Below are positions 47,853 through 58,355 of a stretch of 64,000 nt of DNA, one piece after another. Position numbers and translations under genes: made by a program. Within the stretch, counting starts at the first letter, position 1. Every line of letters starts with the position of its first letter. The notes under the pieces were generated by a model, which saw only the letters and a program-made list of their open reading frames with translations, was not told the origin of the DNA and made no database searches. The stretch spans positions 1 to 64,000 of IMG/VR virus record IMGVR_UViG_3300020179_002092, one strand, 5' to 3'. This DNA comes from a virus.

Positions 47853-50800
47853 TTATTTTAACCTGTGTGGGCCGGTGGGCGGTGTAAAGTTGGCAGTGTA
47901 ACGGGCTACACCCTTGGTAATTCGCAGATCGTCGATGTAACCATTGAAAAATGAACCTACTACTGCAGGTGGTCCAAGAGTACTTGAAGCACCGACACCG
48001 AATTTCGTGGAGGCTGTTAAGGTCATTAAATCACCAACTGTTATAGTACCAGTACCATCTAATACACCATTTATAAATAACCTCACTGTATTCGTAGACC
48101 TTGTAACTGCAACATGTGTCCAAGTATTTAGGCTAACATTACCGGTCGATACAAAATCTTGCCACGATGATTCACTGGCAGCTACAAAAAAAGTAAGTTT
48201 ATTTGTAGTGAAATACAACAGATACTGAATTACAGAAGTATCACCTATTCTATAGATACCGCAAATAACGCCATTAGTAGTAGAATAATTAATCCATGCT
48301 TCTATTGTAAAATCACCACTTTTAAGATCTAAAAAGCTGCCCGGTGGCGCTGGTATAGTTAAGTAGTCACCGGTGCCATCAAACGACATAGCACCTGTAC
48401 CATACTTAACTTGCACTGAACTAGTCTTGGCATCTGCCACAGTCTCAACGACCGTACGCCCGGTACGATCTACAATGGCAGCGTCGGTGAAGTTTAGTAG
48501 TAGACTGGTGTTAGCTGTAGGACTGGCTGGTGCGGTTGGTGGTGTAAATGCACTTGTATACAGTGCTGTACCTTTAATAATATTAAGATTAGTTATATAT
48601 CCGTTAAAATGCCAAGTATTTGTGTCTTCATTTCTTCCAATAGACCATTGCTGAGTTGTATCATTCATAGTTACTGAGCTTGTTCCAGTAGCTGCTGATA
48701 CTCCATTAAGCCAAATAGTAAAATTACTACCGCTGCGAGTAATAGCAATATGGTACCATGTATTAATATTTATTGTAGCAGTTGTTGTAAGGGTAAGACT
48801 GTTATTTATGCTAAAAGAAATAATATTAGCACTAGTTATATATAACATAAATGGATAGCTTGGTCCACTCCATTTACTCAATATTCCATGATTGCTACCA
48901 GCTGATAATCTGTAGACCCAGCACTCAATTGTAAAATTACTATTTCCAAGTTCCATATTTGGATTATCGGTTACAGTAAGAAAATCTCCAGTACCATCAA
49001 AATAGGCCGATCCACCGTGTAGTGCGGGTGTGTATGCTGCGGTGGGGGCGAAGGGTGAGAAGGCAACTACTCTGGCGTCACCGTTGCGAGTGACGGCGAA
49101 GTTATTGGTACTAGCATCTCTAAAGCGGTTGTCGTGGCAGGTTAATAAACTGGTGTTTGCTACAGCAGTTAGTGGTGTGGTACTTGGTGTAAAGTTTGTG
49201 GTATATAAGGCAGTGCCTTTAACAATACGCAGGTTACTGATATAGCCTGCGTAATCATTCCAAACTTGAGTATCCCATCTACCTATTACTAAACTGCTAG
49301 CGTTGTTAAAATTATTTGAACAAGTTATAGTATTTGTTAAAACTCCATTCGAGAAGGATGTCAACACAGTACCACTACGCACATATGCAATGTGTGTCCA
49401 TTGACCAGGAAGTACTTGATTGTTTTCACTATGTAAATTTCCACCACCAAAATAAAAAATAGCCGATTTAGTCCCTATGTTATAGGCTATTTTCCAACTG
49501 TCCGCTGTAGAACCTGTTCCTTTAGTTATCATATCTGGCCACGCATCAGTTGGGGTGGATGAAGGGTTCATCCAAAATTCAATAGTAAAATTACCAGTTT
49601 CCAAGTCTAGAGCGGCATTGTCTGCTATACTTAGGTAATCGTCGACACCATCAAAATAAACACTCCACCCAGTCTGACTAAATGGGCTGAATGTACCTTG
49701 ACTAGCATTACCGTTACGAGTGATTAAGAATTGATTCGAGCTGGCGTCCTGAAATCCATGATTGTTGTGTGGTTGACGATATTGTAGGGTTAATAATTGT
49801 GTATTGGCTATAGCGGTCAGTGGCTGGGTAGGTGGCGTAAATACCGAAGTACCACTTGTTATCGCACTGGTTTGATAGCTTGTCGGTACAGAACCTTTTG
49901 TAATTCGTACATCCGACATATAACCAGTAAACATAAAATTACCCAACGAATCTCCGGCAGTTGCAAGTGTCAACGCTCCGTTTGTATAATTACTGTTATT
50001 GGTAATTGAATTAGCGTCTAAAACACCATTAAGGAAAATCCTTGTTCCTGCGTTACTTGTAACCTGTCTTGTTACAGCAACGTGCGCCCAAGTATTAAGC
50101 TGTATATTTGTTGTCCCCGTAACAACATCAACACCAACAGTTCCATCTCTTAAAGTTAACTTATACCCTGATGATACATTTAACCAAGGAGAGTTGAAAT
50201 TAGGCGAACCTCTTCGTAAATCAATCAGACCAGAAGGGCTAGCAGGAGCAGCCGTCATGTATATCCAACCCTCCATGCAATATTCGCCAGTACCAAAAGC
50301 AAAAGCTGAGTTTACTGGCCCCTGCAAATAATCCCCACTACCATCAAAATATGCACTGCCGTTGGCTATTTGAGTATAAAATGGATTGTTATGAGATATA
50401 ACAGGACTATTTACTAAATTAATAGTAGCATTGGATATATTTTCTATAAACCTATTGTCTTGCCATAACAATAATTTAACATCACCTGCAACGGCTCCTT
50501 GACTACTATTAGTTAATTTAGTAGTAGGAGGTGTAAAAATTTGAGCATCTACAGTAGTTGAACTAGTTTGATAACTTGTAGGAACCGATCCTATAACCAT
50601 ACGGAAATTGCTAATAAAAATTTCTGTTAGATCTCCACCTAATTGACTATTTGTACCAAAACTAGTAGTAGATGTTCCATTTATATTAGTGGTCGCACCG
50701 GCTACTGACTCTTTTAATATGCCATTCAAAAAAAGCCTTAGTGTACCATTTTGTCTTGTTACCAGTACATGACACCAACGATTCTTATATAGTGCAACAT

Positions 50801-52298
50801 TGCTGGCTCCAGAAGCTGTAGCACTAAAATAAGTAGTAGAGTTTCCATCTATTAGAGTTTGTATTAATGAATCAACAGTCCCAAACGCTAGCTCTATTCC
50901 CACGCTACCTGCTAAACCCCAATTGCTTTGATGACTCCAAATTCTACTATAATTTGCTGGCTGTCTAACAACATTAATCCAACATTCTATACTAAGATCG
51001 TTGGTGCCTATACTGCGTGAGGCATTATAGGCAAGGTAAGCATAACTGCTAGAGCCGTTAGTATACAGACTATAACCAGTTCCGTATGGAGTAAAACTAC
51101 TAGCACGAGCATCGCCCAAGACAGTTAAGTTAAAATTATTCGCTGAACTATCCCGTACTATAGTATTGCCCTGCCCCCCACCTAATAGCAGTGTAGTCAA
51201 CCTAAAGTAAGGATCACTCACAGTGATAGTTACTGTAAATGTACGTGGGCTATCTTGATTTTGTGCATCGGTAGCACGCACTGTAAAAGTATAAGTGGTA
51301 TCTACTGTGACCCCAGTTACAGTGCCTGTGATAACACCAGTGCTGGTGTTCAAGGATAGGCCAGGCGGCAATGATCCCGATATTAGTGTATAACTGGTGG
51401 CTTCTGTGGCTACTAGACTTAATGATATTGAAACACCATCATACTGATCGGGCAAACCACTAGCAGTTTGCCAACTAGGTAAACTACTAAAAGTAACACC
51501 TGGTACGCTAATGGCCACACCACCATCACTGTTAATCACATAAACCACATATGTACCAGCTGCCAGTGCACCTGTGCCTACTTGTAGCTCTGTGCTTGAT
51601 ATAAAACTTATGCTAGCTGCTGGAGTTTGATTAAAGTATACTAAACAACCACTGGCAAAACCTGTTCCGGTTAACTTGATATATCCGCCACTGGTATCCA
51701 CAGCAGTGTCGTCAATGGCGGCATAACTGCTATCAGTTATAGTTATTGCGCTAATTTTAGGTGCAACGCCACTGCTAACTACATCGCCAAGTACACGTAA
51801 TTGTATTTGACTATTAGCAGGAGGAGCGCTAGTAAATATGACGTTACTGCCGCTGACAGTATAGTCTGTGGTGGGTGTTTGAGTTACGCCACCTATGATT
51901 GCCAGCACAGTATGTACTGTTATACCACCGGTGGCTGCAAAAGTTGTTGTACTACCATTGCCCGTATAAGTGTAAGTGGTGTGCTGTAGTCCAGCTCCAC
52001 TGCCACTACCGCCACTACCGCCACTACCTGCTAAACCTTGTATGCCTTGCGCACCGGTACCTGTAATACCCTGTAAACCCTGTAAACCCTGTAAACCCTG
52101 CAAACCCTGCAAACCCTGCAAACCCTGCAAACCCTGCAAACCCTGCAAACCCTGTAAACCCTGTAAACCCTGCGTACCACTACCTGTAGTACCTTGTGTA
52201 CCCTGATTTTGAGCAAAACCAAAGCCTTGTACGCCTTGTACGCCTTGTACGCCTTGTGGCAAGCTACTTGCTATTAGAGTTCTAACTGATATAGGCAT
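47853..52298 (-). CDS. large fibre: collagen repeat, IPT/TIG, putative Ig (He_PIG), multiple LamG/ConA lectin-like domains
   Basis: (GLQ)n; SGSLPPGLSLN..G.ITG; repeated FDG.GDYL..FTIE.W..W.H.A..R..GYI..LRI.KG. Confidence 0.88.
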   Translation of the reverse strand: MPISVRTLIASSLPQGVQGVQGVQGFGFAQNQGTQGTTGSGTQGLQGLQGLQGLQGLQGLQGLQGLQGLQGLQGLQGITGTGAQGIQGLAGSGGSGGSGSGAGLQHTTYTYTGNGSTTTFAATGGITVHTVLAIIGGVTQTPTTDYTVSGSNVIFTSAPPANSQIQLRVLGDVVSSGVAPKISAITITDSSYAAIDDTAVDTSGGYIKLTGTGFASGCLVYFNQTPAASISFISSTELQVGTGALAAGTYVVYVINSDGGVAISVPGVTFSSLPSWQTASGLPDQYDGVSISLSLVATEATSYTLISGSLPPGLSLNTSTGVITGTVTGVTVDTTYTFTVRATDAQNQDSPRTFTVTITVSDPYFRLTTLLLGGGQGNTIVRDSSANNFNLTVLGDARASSFTPYGTGYSLYTNGSSSYAYLAYNASRSIGTNDLSIECWINVVRQPANYSRIWSHQSNWGLAGSVGIELAFGTVDSLIQTLIDGNSTTYFSATASGASNVALYKNRWCHVLVTRQNGTLRLFLNGILKESVAGATTNINGTSTTSFGTNSQLGGDLTEIFISNFRMVIGSVPTSYQTSSTTVDAQIFTPPTTKLTNSSQGAVAGDVKLLLWQDNRFIENISNATINLVNSPVISHNNPFYTQIANGSAYFDGSGDYLQGPVNSAFAFGTGEYCMEGWIYMTAAPASPSGLIDLRRGSPNFNSPWLNVSSGYKLTLRDGTVGVDVVTGTTNIQLNTWAHVAVTRQVTSNAGTRIFLNGVLDANSITNNSNYTNGALTLATAGDSLGNFMFTGYMSDVRITKGSVPTSYQTSAITSGTSVFTPPTQPLTAIANTQLLTLQYRQPHNNHGFQDASSNQFLITRNGNASQGTFSPFSQTGWSVYFDGVDDYLSIADNAALDLETGNFTIEFWMNPSSTPTDAWPDMITKGTGSTADSWKIAYNIGTKSAIFYFGGGNLHSENNQVLPGQWTHIAYVRSGTVLTSFSNGVLTNTITCSNNFNNASSLVIGRWDTQVWNDYAGYISNLRIVKGTALYTTNFTPSTTPLTAVANTSLLTCHDNRFRDASTNNFAVTRNGDARVVAFSPFAPTAAYTPALHGGSAYFDGTGDFLTVTDNPNMELGNSNFTIECWVYRLSAGSNHGILSKWSGPSYPFMLYITSANIISFSINNSLTLTTTATININTWYHIAITRSGSNFTIWLNGVSAATGTSSVTMNDTTQQWSIGRNEDTNTWHFNGYITNLNIIKGTALYTSAFTPPTAPASPTANTSLLLNFTDAAIVDRTGRTVVETVADAKTSSVQVKYGTGAMSFDGTGDYLTIPAPPGSFLDLKSGDFTIEAWINYSTTNGVICGIYRIGDTSVIQYLLYFTTNKLTFFVAASESSWQDFVSTGNVSLNTWTHVAVTRSTNTVRLFINGVLDGTGTITVGDLMTLTASTKFGVGASSTLGPPAVVGSFFNGYIDDLRITKGVARYTANFTPPTGPHRLK
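52069..52167. repeat. 9-bp tandem repeat (ccctgYaaa)x11 encoding (GLQ)11
   Basis: Directly visible. Confidence 0.9.
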
Positions 52299-52356
52299 AA
52301 TTTTAAACCTTGATTAAATGTAACCAACAATTTTACACACAATTGCATGGTCCAGC

Positions 52357-52623
52357 TTATAACACAGGAAAGGCTCCGGTTGGTGCAGTGAAGTTAGCTG
52401 TGTATCGTGCATATCCCGTGGTCAATCTTAAATCTTGCAAGTAACCGTTAAAGTATGCAGCCCCTGCACCGCCTCCACCACCTGTGGCAACTTCTTGTGT
52501 AGTGGCTACCTGCGTGCCGCCAACACCGGTACCTGTGGGCAGTACAATAGTATTACCTGTGGCTGTTATAGTAGCTGTGCCAATCTGTAAGCTGTCACCA
52601 ACAACAAAAGAAAAATTAGGCAT
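52357..52623 (-). pseudogene. internally deleted LamG fibre gene remnant (N-anchor fused to terminal LamG strand)
   Basis: C-term YFNGYLQDLRLTTGYARYTANFTAPTG mirrors the end of 47853..52298 without the rest of the domain. Confidence 0.6.
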
Positions 52624-52656
52624 AATTCATATCTCTTATTAGATATTTACCTTATA

Positions 52657-55600
52657 TTACGTATAGAAAACTTCGGTGGCAGTTAATCTATGCACTGTGT
52701 AACCGCTTATCGTACTAATTTCACCACCCACTGCTTTAGGAGAGCCTAAATATTTTATAATAATAACACCTGACCCACCTGATGCTCCGCCAGCAGTGAC
52801 ACCGTATACTCCACCATAAGCGCCGTAACCGCCGCCACCACCGCCGGTATTAGGACTACCAGTTTGTGGAGAAGTACCACCACAAGCACTGGCGCCTGAC
52901 CCACCACCTCCTAAACCTCCAGCTGACCCTGAGCCACCTTCCGACCCTCCTCCTCCACCGCCACCATAATAAGTGTTAATTCCGGTGATATCAAACTGCC
53001 TGCCTATTCCTCCTACTGTACTAGCGCCGCCACAGTGGCCTCGGTTTGAAGCCGAATATCCTGACCCAGGTGTAGCACCAGGACCAGCACCACCTCCACC
53101 TCCTGCGTATCCTGCACCGTTAGAGCCGTAGGCTGCAAAAGGAGGTTGCGGTGTTTGAATACTGATGTAATTATTTTGCCCGCCGCCACTGCCTCCGTCG
53201 CTGCCTAATCCACCAGATGCAGATCCGCCACCGCCTCCACCGTAAGCAGTATAAGTATTACTACCTATAACTATGCTGGTGTTGCCGCCTGCTGAAGAAT
53301 TCAACGTTCCATTTACACACCCTGCACCTCCAGCACCTACTGTACAGGCCAAAGATGTTCCTTGTGTAAGAGTAACTGATGTAGCATGTAGTATACCACC
53401 AGCACCTCCGCCGCCACCAGCCCCGCCATAGTAAGTTCCGCCGCCTCCGCCACCACCTGCTACTAATAAAATTTCTGCAGAGAAGGGGGTAATTACGCCC
53501 GTACTTATAGTAATGTTAAAACTTCGATCTTGATAAGCAGCATTTAAATCAGACACTCTGACTACAAAAGAAAAATTAGCAGTGGCTCCTGCATCCTCAC
53601 CAACCCCTGATATAAGTCCCGAACTACTATTTAGAGTAATTCCAGCTGGTAAGTTCCCTGAATACACCGTATAATTTAATGCGCCATCCCCTCCAGCCAA
53701 AAGCTGAAAGCTGTATGCCACATTGACTTGCGCTGGTGGCAAATCGCCAGCGGGAGTTATCCAATAAGGTGCAATAATACTAACCGCTGTAATATAAGAA
53801 ACACCGTTACCGGTTATGAATACGTTACTGGTATAAGAGCCATTTACTGTGGCTATAACCTGGGATTTAGCACCGTTATCAAAGGTCATAGTATCGCCTA
53901 TGATTTGCATATTCATTCTAGTTAAATGAGCACCCGACGTATCTACAATTGTGTTACTTTGAAATGTCAACAATTTTACTTGATCACTGGTAAAGGCTAC
54001 TAAATTGCCACTGGCAGCTTGACTGCTGGTTAAATTACTAGTGGCAGGAGTAAAATTACCTGAATAAGCAGCAACACCTTTTAAGATACGCAAATTACTA
54101 ATCATACCATTAAATGATACACTCCAAGTCTGACTAAATCCTACATTTAGCTGACTAGTATAATCATAGATATTAAATCCCGCTGTTACATTCAATCCGG
54201 CCTCTACGCCATTTTTGAACCATCTTAAGTTTGTACCTGATCTAACCAACGCCCAGTGTTCCCAAACTGCTGTGCCTACATCCGCTGTAGAATAAAAATC
54301 TTGTGTGCCTGCATACCTGACTACTAGCTTATTGGTTTGTGTGCTGTTTCTATAAATCTGCCAACCTTGCGTAGCGTCTCCAGTTTTATGTCCTACAACA
54401 CCGCACAAGTTGGTTTGACTAGACCAAGCTACTCTACTATAAAGCCAGAATTCTACAGTAAAATCATCTAAGTAGAAATTAAAATCGTCTGATGTAGCGG
54501 CTACTATCTTATCTCCGGTTCCATCAAAGGTTACTGACCAGGACGTACCTGCATTTCCAAAAGGATTTAGACTAGTTACAGCAGCATTACCATACTCCGC
54601 TAATTCTTTCCTATTAGTAGCATTTACAGTTAGCGTAGAATTAATAGTAGTCCCAGTAAAATTATAGCTAGATTGATCCATTGATAATGTAACTTGATTA
54701 GCACTAGATGGATCATATATATAAATACTATTGTATCCGGTACCTGTTAAATTATCTGCGGTAGTGCCTGTTTGAATTGCTGATGCCATACCTCTATTAA
54801 CTAGCCATATTCTGCCTGTACTATCTATTCCATATGCTCGAACATCTAAACTAGTTGTATTAAGATTTGTCCATCCTGATATCGGACTAAATTCTAATTT
54901 AGCTACTCTGCCTATCTGAAAAACTAATAGCGTGTCTCCAGAGTCACTAACAGGAACCCATGATCTTGGCATGTCATAACTTGTAGGCCAATTATACACA
55001 CTGTGAAACGTTAATTCGTGATCATTGCCTCCTACAGAATAAGTTATCCAAGCTCTTTGTTTAATATTACTAAATCTTTCGTTTATATAGTTATGTATGC
55101 TTTTTTCTGTAATAAGGAAGCTTATATATGTAATATTATTTTTTACAAAAACATGTGGCTTTATCCACCAGGTATTACTGCTGTTAGCATTGTAATTATT
55201 ATTACTAGCTACTTGACCATATGTAGAAAAAGTATCAGGTCCTGGATATGCAACACTACATGTAGTAGATGTAACTTGGCCTGTTAGTTTATTCCAAGTA
55301 AATTTTCTAGGTTCTAATATGCCTGAAACATTATAATGGCTGCTATAAAATGTACAGTAATAACTGTTTGTATTTACGAAGTTGCTTGGAAATTGGTATA
55401 TGACGCCAGTATATCCGCCCGTTATTCCAGTTAATATTGTACTTGTACTAGTACTAACGGCTGATCCTGTAAAGCTAGGGTTACCTATTCTAATTACTGA
55501 ATATTCATGTGTATTGCAATTAACTTCTAAAAAATAATCTGTACCAAAATAATCTGATCCCATGTAGAAATGAATAATATTAGTTGTAGTTCTAATATTA

Positions 55601-56178
55601 TAAGTTGTGAGACCGGCCGGATCCATGAGCATTAATACTACTGCGGTAGTATTATTATCTTGATTTAGTCCTATCCAATTACCATCCTCACGCAATCTTA
55701 TAGGAGTAGTCCAATCATTTTGAGTAGTAGTACGTGTTTGGGCAAACGTATCTAAGTTTTCACCTACCCACACGTCTTGTCTCATATTATCGGTAGTAAT
55801 GTCTCTAGGATAAAACATGTACCATCTGTCAGCAGTGCTGGCATAAATTATTTTTTGCGGTGTAAAATTATAGTCTAGAAATAATAGCCACGGATCCCAG
55901 CGTCCTATACCAGCAGGCCATGCTTGTCTACTATCTGCCCAACTATTACCAAATTTACCAACAGTCATGACCACTGGCCAGTCTTTCCAGTCTGCGGCTG
56001 CTGTAGTAGTAGTATTCCAAGTATTATCACTATGCCAGAAAGATTCTCCAGGTCTTGGGGTTAAATCATTGACATTTAGTGCTTGATTTTCAACAAAAAT
56101 TCTACCATATCTATTATCCGGATCTTCTATTACCCAATTATAGCTTTGATTTCGTTTAACATGTACTAACAATGGCAT
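52657..56178 (-). CDS. EDPxP-family virion protein extended with LamG, Ig and Gly-rich domains
   Basis: IEDPDN..IFVEN N-term; GIDSTGRIW; FDGTGD LamG; SGNLPAGITL; LLVAGGGGG module. Confidence 0.75.
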   Translation of the reverse strand: MPLLVHVKRNQSYNWVIEDPDNRYGRIFVENQALNVNDLTPRPGESFWHSDNTWNTTTTAAADWKDWPVVMTVGKFGNSWADSRQAWPAGIGRWDPWLLFLDYNFTPQKIIYASTADRWYMFYPRDITTDNMRQDVWVGENLDTFAQTRTTTQNDWTTPIRLREDGNWIGLNQDNNTTAVVLMLMDPAGLTTYNIRTTTNIIHFYMGSDYFGTDYFLEVNCNTHEYSVIRIGNPSFTGSAVSTSTSTILTGITGGYTGVIYQFPSNFVNTNSYYCTFYSSHYNVSGILEPRKFTWNKLTGQVTSTTCSVAYPGPDTFSTYGQVASNNNYNANSSNTWWIKPHVFVKNNITYISFLITEKSIHNYINERFSNIKQRAWITYSVGGNDHELTFHSVYNWPTSYDMPRSWVPVSDSGDTLLVFQIGRVAKLEFSPISGWTNLNTTSLDVRAYGIDSTGRIWLVNRGMASAIQTGTTADNLTGTGYNSIYIYDPSSANQVTLSMDQSSYNFTGTTINSTLTVNATNRKELAEYGNAAVTSLNPFGNAGTSWSVTFDGTGDKIVAATSDDFNFYLDDFTVEFWLYSRVAWSSQTNLCGVVGHKTGDATQGWQIYRNSTQTNKLVVRYAGTQDFYSTADVGTAVWEHWALVRSGTNLRWFKNGVEAGLNVTAGFNIYDYTSQLNVGFSQTWSVSFNGMISNLRILKGVAAYSGNFTPATSNLTSSQAASGNLVAFTSDQVKLLTFQSNTIVDTSGAHLTRMNMQIIGDTMTFDNGAKSQVIATVNGSYTSNVFITGNGVSYITAVSIIAPYWITPAGDLPPAQVNVAYSFQLLAGGDGALNYTVYSGNLPAGITLNSSSGLISGVGEDAGATANFSFVVRVSDLNAAYQDRSFNITISTGVITPFSAEILLVAGGGGGGGTYYGGAGGGGGAGGILHATSVTLTQGTSLACTVGAGGAGCVNGTLNSSAGGNTSIVIGSNTYTAYGGGGGGSASGGLGSDGGSGGGQNNYISIQTPQPPFAAYGSNGAGYAGGGGGAGPGATPGSGYSASNRGHCGGASTVGGIGRQFDITGINTYYGGGGGGGSEGGSGSAGGLGGGGSGASACGGTSPQTGSPNTGGGGGGYGAYGGVYGVTAGGASGGSGVIIIKYLGSPKAVGGEISTISGYTVHRLTATEVFYT

Positions 56179-56179
56179 A

Positions 56180-56572
56180 TCAGCTCCAGAAAGGTTGATT
56201 TTCCGCTGTACCGGGGGTAGTTATTACTGAAACAGGTATTGTTGGCGCATAATCATTACTATCTAACACAATTAACTCTACTATACCATTTACATTACTA
56301 GTCGAACTAATAGGTAGAGATATATCACTTTGTACGCATACTGGTATACTTATAGGATGACTCCATGTAGTATTGGTTGTAGATACAACTTCTAATACAC
56401 CTAATATCGTAGACTTTGTGCTGGTTACTGAAATAGTACAAGTATTAATTTCATACTTATAAGTTGTATCTGCTATTTCCAACATTAAATGATTTTCATT
56501 ATACGTAGAAATTAATCCTGGTTCTGTTTTTACACCACCTTGAAAAACTATTTGATTAATAAGCTCTGACAT
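56180..56572 (-). CDS. hypothetical structural protein
   Basis: ORF coupled to neighbours. Confidence 0.65.
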   Translation of the reverse strand: MSELINQIVFQGGVKTEPGLISTYNENHLMLEIADTTYKYEINTCTISVTSTKSTILGVLEVVSTTNTTWSHPISIPVCVQSDISLPISSTSNVNGIVELIVLDSNDYAPTIPVSVITTPGTAENQPFWS

Positions 56573-58347
56573 TATATTACCACATGAGAAGTGATTAAAG
56601 GTCTACCGCCCCCAGTTATAGTTATAGGCACTACTACGTTACTATTAGCACTGGTTTCTACAGTAATTATTTGACTGTTATTGCTAAATTTAGCATTGCT
56701 ACCGTTAATAACTAATTTTACATTTGCTGATACTTGTGTATTAGATACTACGTTTTTTGTATTTATGGTTAAATTAGCTGTACTATTTATTCCAGAATAC
56801 ACATAGTTAATTTGATCTAAACTTAATCTAACAGATATTGGCTGGCTAGGTAAATATTCGTAAACCATACCGTGTCCTCGTGCATTAGAATAGTCGTAAC
56901 GCTGTGTACCAGAATCATAATAATTGTTAATTCCAGAAGTACTTATATATATTCTATTTGTAGTATCTTGTGCTACAGATCTAGCAGATATAAATTCTAC
57001 ATCATGTTCAAACCAACCACGATCTGGATCAAAACTTATAGTACACACTGTATCCATTCTAATTATTAATAATTGATTACCAATTTCATTAATAGGTAAA
57101 TAGTATCGTGGATAATGCCTATTACTGCTATCCCAAATTATAGTACTATGATAAGTTAATATATGATCATTTGTTCCAGAACCTACTGTAAAGGTAATCC
57201 AAATATTTTGTTTATCTCGGCGATAGTACCAGGCTCTTTCATACGGATAATTAGGCGCCGAACGATCTATAAACATATAAGTAATATAGGTTTGCCCACC
57301 TATAGTAAATTGGTGTGGTTTATACCACCAGGCATTTCTGGTTTGACTATGATAAGTTGGCTCAAATCTAACTAATCGTTGATAGTCCAAGTGGTTTGTG
57401 CCTGTAGGATATACTAATGTACATCTAGTAGAAGTAATTTCTCCAGATACAGGGTTCCAAACGAATCTATGAAAAATAGCTTCTTTATTATCTTCTAATG
57501 CGTTCTGATCCCATCCACCTTGATAAAATACTTTGCGACTAGCGGAATCATGCCGTATATTACTTGGAAATTGGTAATGGTGAGTACTAGGTCCGGGATG
57601 AACAAATGTACTAACTAAAGATGATGTGGCTAATGAGCCTATTTTATAAAACTCTATACTCTGTGTGTTGCCGTGTACATCTGCAAAAAGAGCGCTACCA
57701 TCTGCAAATGTACCAACAAAAAATAAATTATTTGCAGTACTTCTAGCTGAGGTAAACGCAACCCCACCAGCCCCAGTAAACCTTAGTTTGCCTAGGTAAT
57801 ACGTTCCATTGTCGTAGCTTATAGCATAAAAATCATCGATACCGTAAGGATCTTCGTAAAATACAGTACAAAATGCTCCGTTACTAGCACTGTAAAAAAC
57901 TGGTGCCTTATTAAAATCATAGCCTGCCCAATAACTCATTAGGCCATCGTTACCACTGTAGCTGCTATGACTCATTATTACACTTAACCCAGTGCTGGTT
58001 TTGAGACTTTGCTGTCCTGGCAGATTATAATAATCTAAACTGGCCATCCAAGGATCCGAATGACCTGGATAAATATGTGCTTCTTGTCTAGCTGTAGAAT
58101 ACTGAAGACACCAACGTCCCATTGTTTGTAGAACGGTATAGCCCCAATCTACTGGGTGCGCTGTATCAGGGGCTGCCACCATGTCTGTACCCTGACCATA
58201 GAAATAATCTCCAGGTATTACATTTAGATTGTCAATATTATGTGCTTGATTATTTATGTATATTCTTCTATTATTAGGGTCAGGATCTTCAAACATGTAG
58301 TTCCATGCACGAGTCCTTTTTTCATTAACTAGCTCTCTTATTGGCAT
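56572..58347 (-). CDS. EDPxP-family virion protein (core form)
   Basis: FEDPDPNNRRIYINN, PSNIRH..RKVFY, WWYKPHQF, LTYHS, QDTTNRIY, Ig-like C-term. Confidence 0.7.
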   Translation of the reverse strand: MPIRELVNEKRTRAWNYMFEDPDPNNRRIYINNQAHNIDNLNVIPGDYFYGQGTDMVAAPDTAHPVDWGYTVLQTMGRWCLQYSTARQEAHIYPGHSDPWMASLDYYNLPGQQSLKTSTGLSVIMSHSSYSGNDGLMSYWAGYDFNKAPVFYSASNGAFCTVFYEDPYGIDDFYAISYDNGTYYLGKLRFTGAGGVAFTSARSTANNLFFVGTFADGSALFADVHGNTQSIEFYKIGSLATSSLVSTFVHPGPSTHHYQFPSNIRHDSASRKVFYQGGWDQNALEDNKEAIFHRFVWNPVSGEITSTRCTLVYPTGTNHLDYQRLVRFEPTYHSQTRNAWWYKPHQFTIGGQTYITYMFIDRSAPNYPYERAWYYRRDKQNIWITFTVGSGTNDHILTYHSTIIWDSSNRHYPRYYLPINEIGNQLLIIRMDTVCTISFDPDRGWFEHDVEFISARSVAQDTTNRIYISTSGINNYYDSGTQRYDYSNARGHGMVYEYLPSQPISVRLSLDQINYVYSGINSTANLTINTKNVVSNTQVSANVKLVINGSNAKFSNNSQIITVETSANSNVVVPITITGGGRPLITSHVVI

Positions 58348-58355
58348 AAAAATTC

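Noticed and set aside
51976-52222. (CKP)n and (CRV)n metallothionein-like ORFs
   Set aside because: Alternate frames/strand of the (GLQ)11 repeat
41919-56178. Diversity-generating retroelement or invertible shufflon
   Set aside because: No RT or recombinase, no adenine-specific TR/VR pair seen, all modules co-oriented
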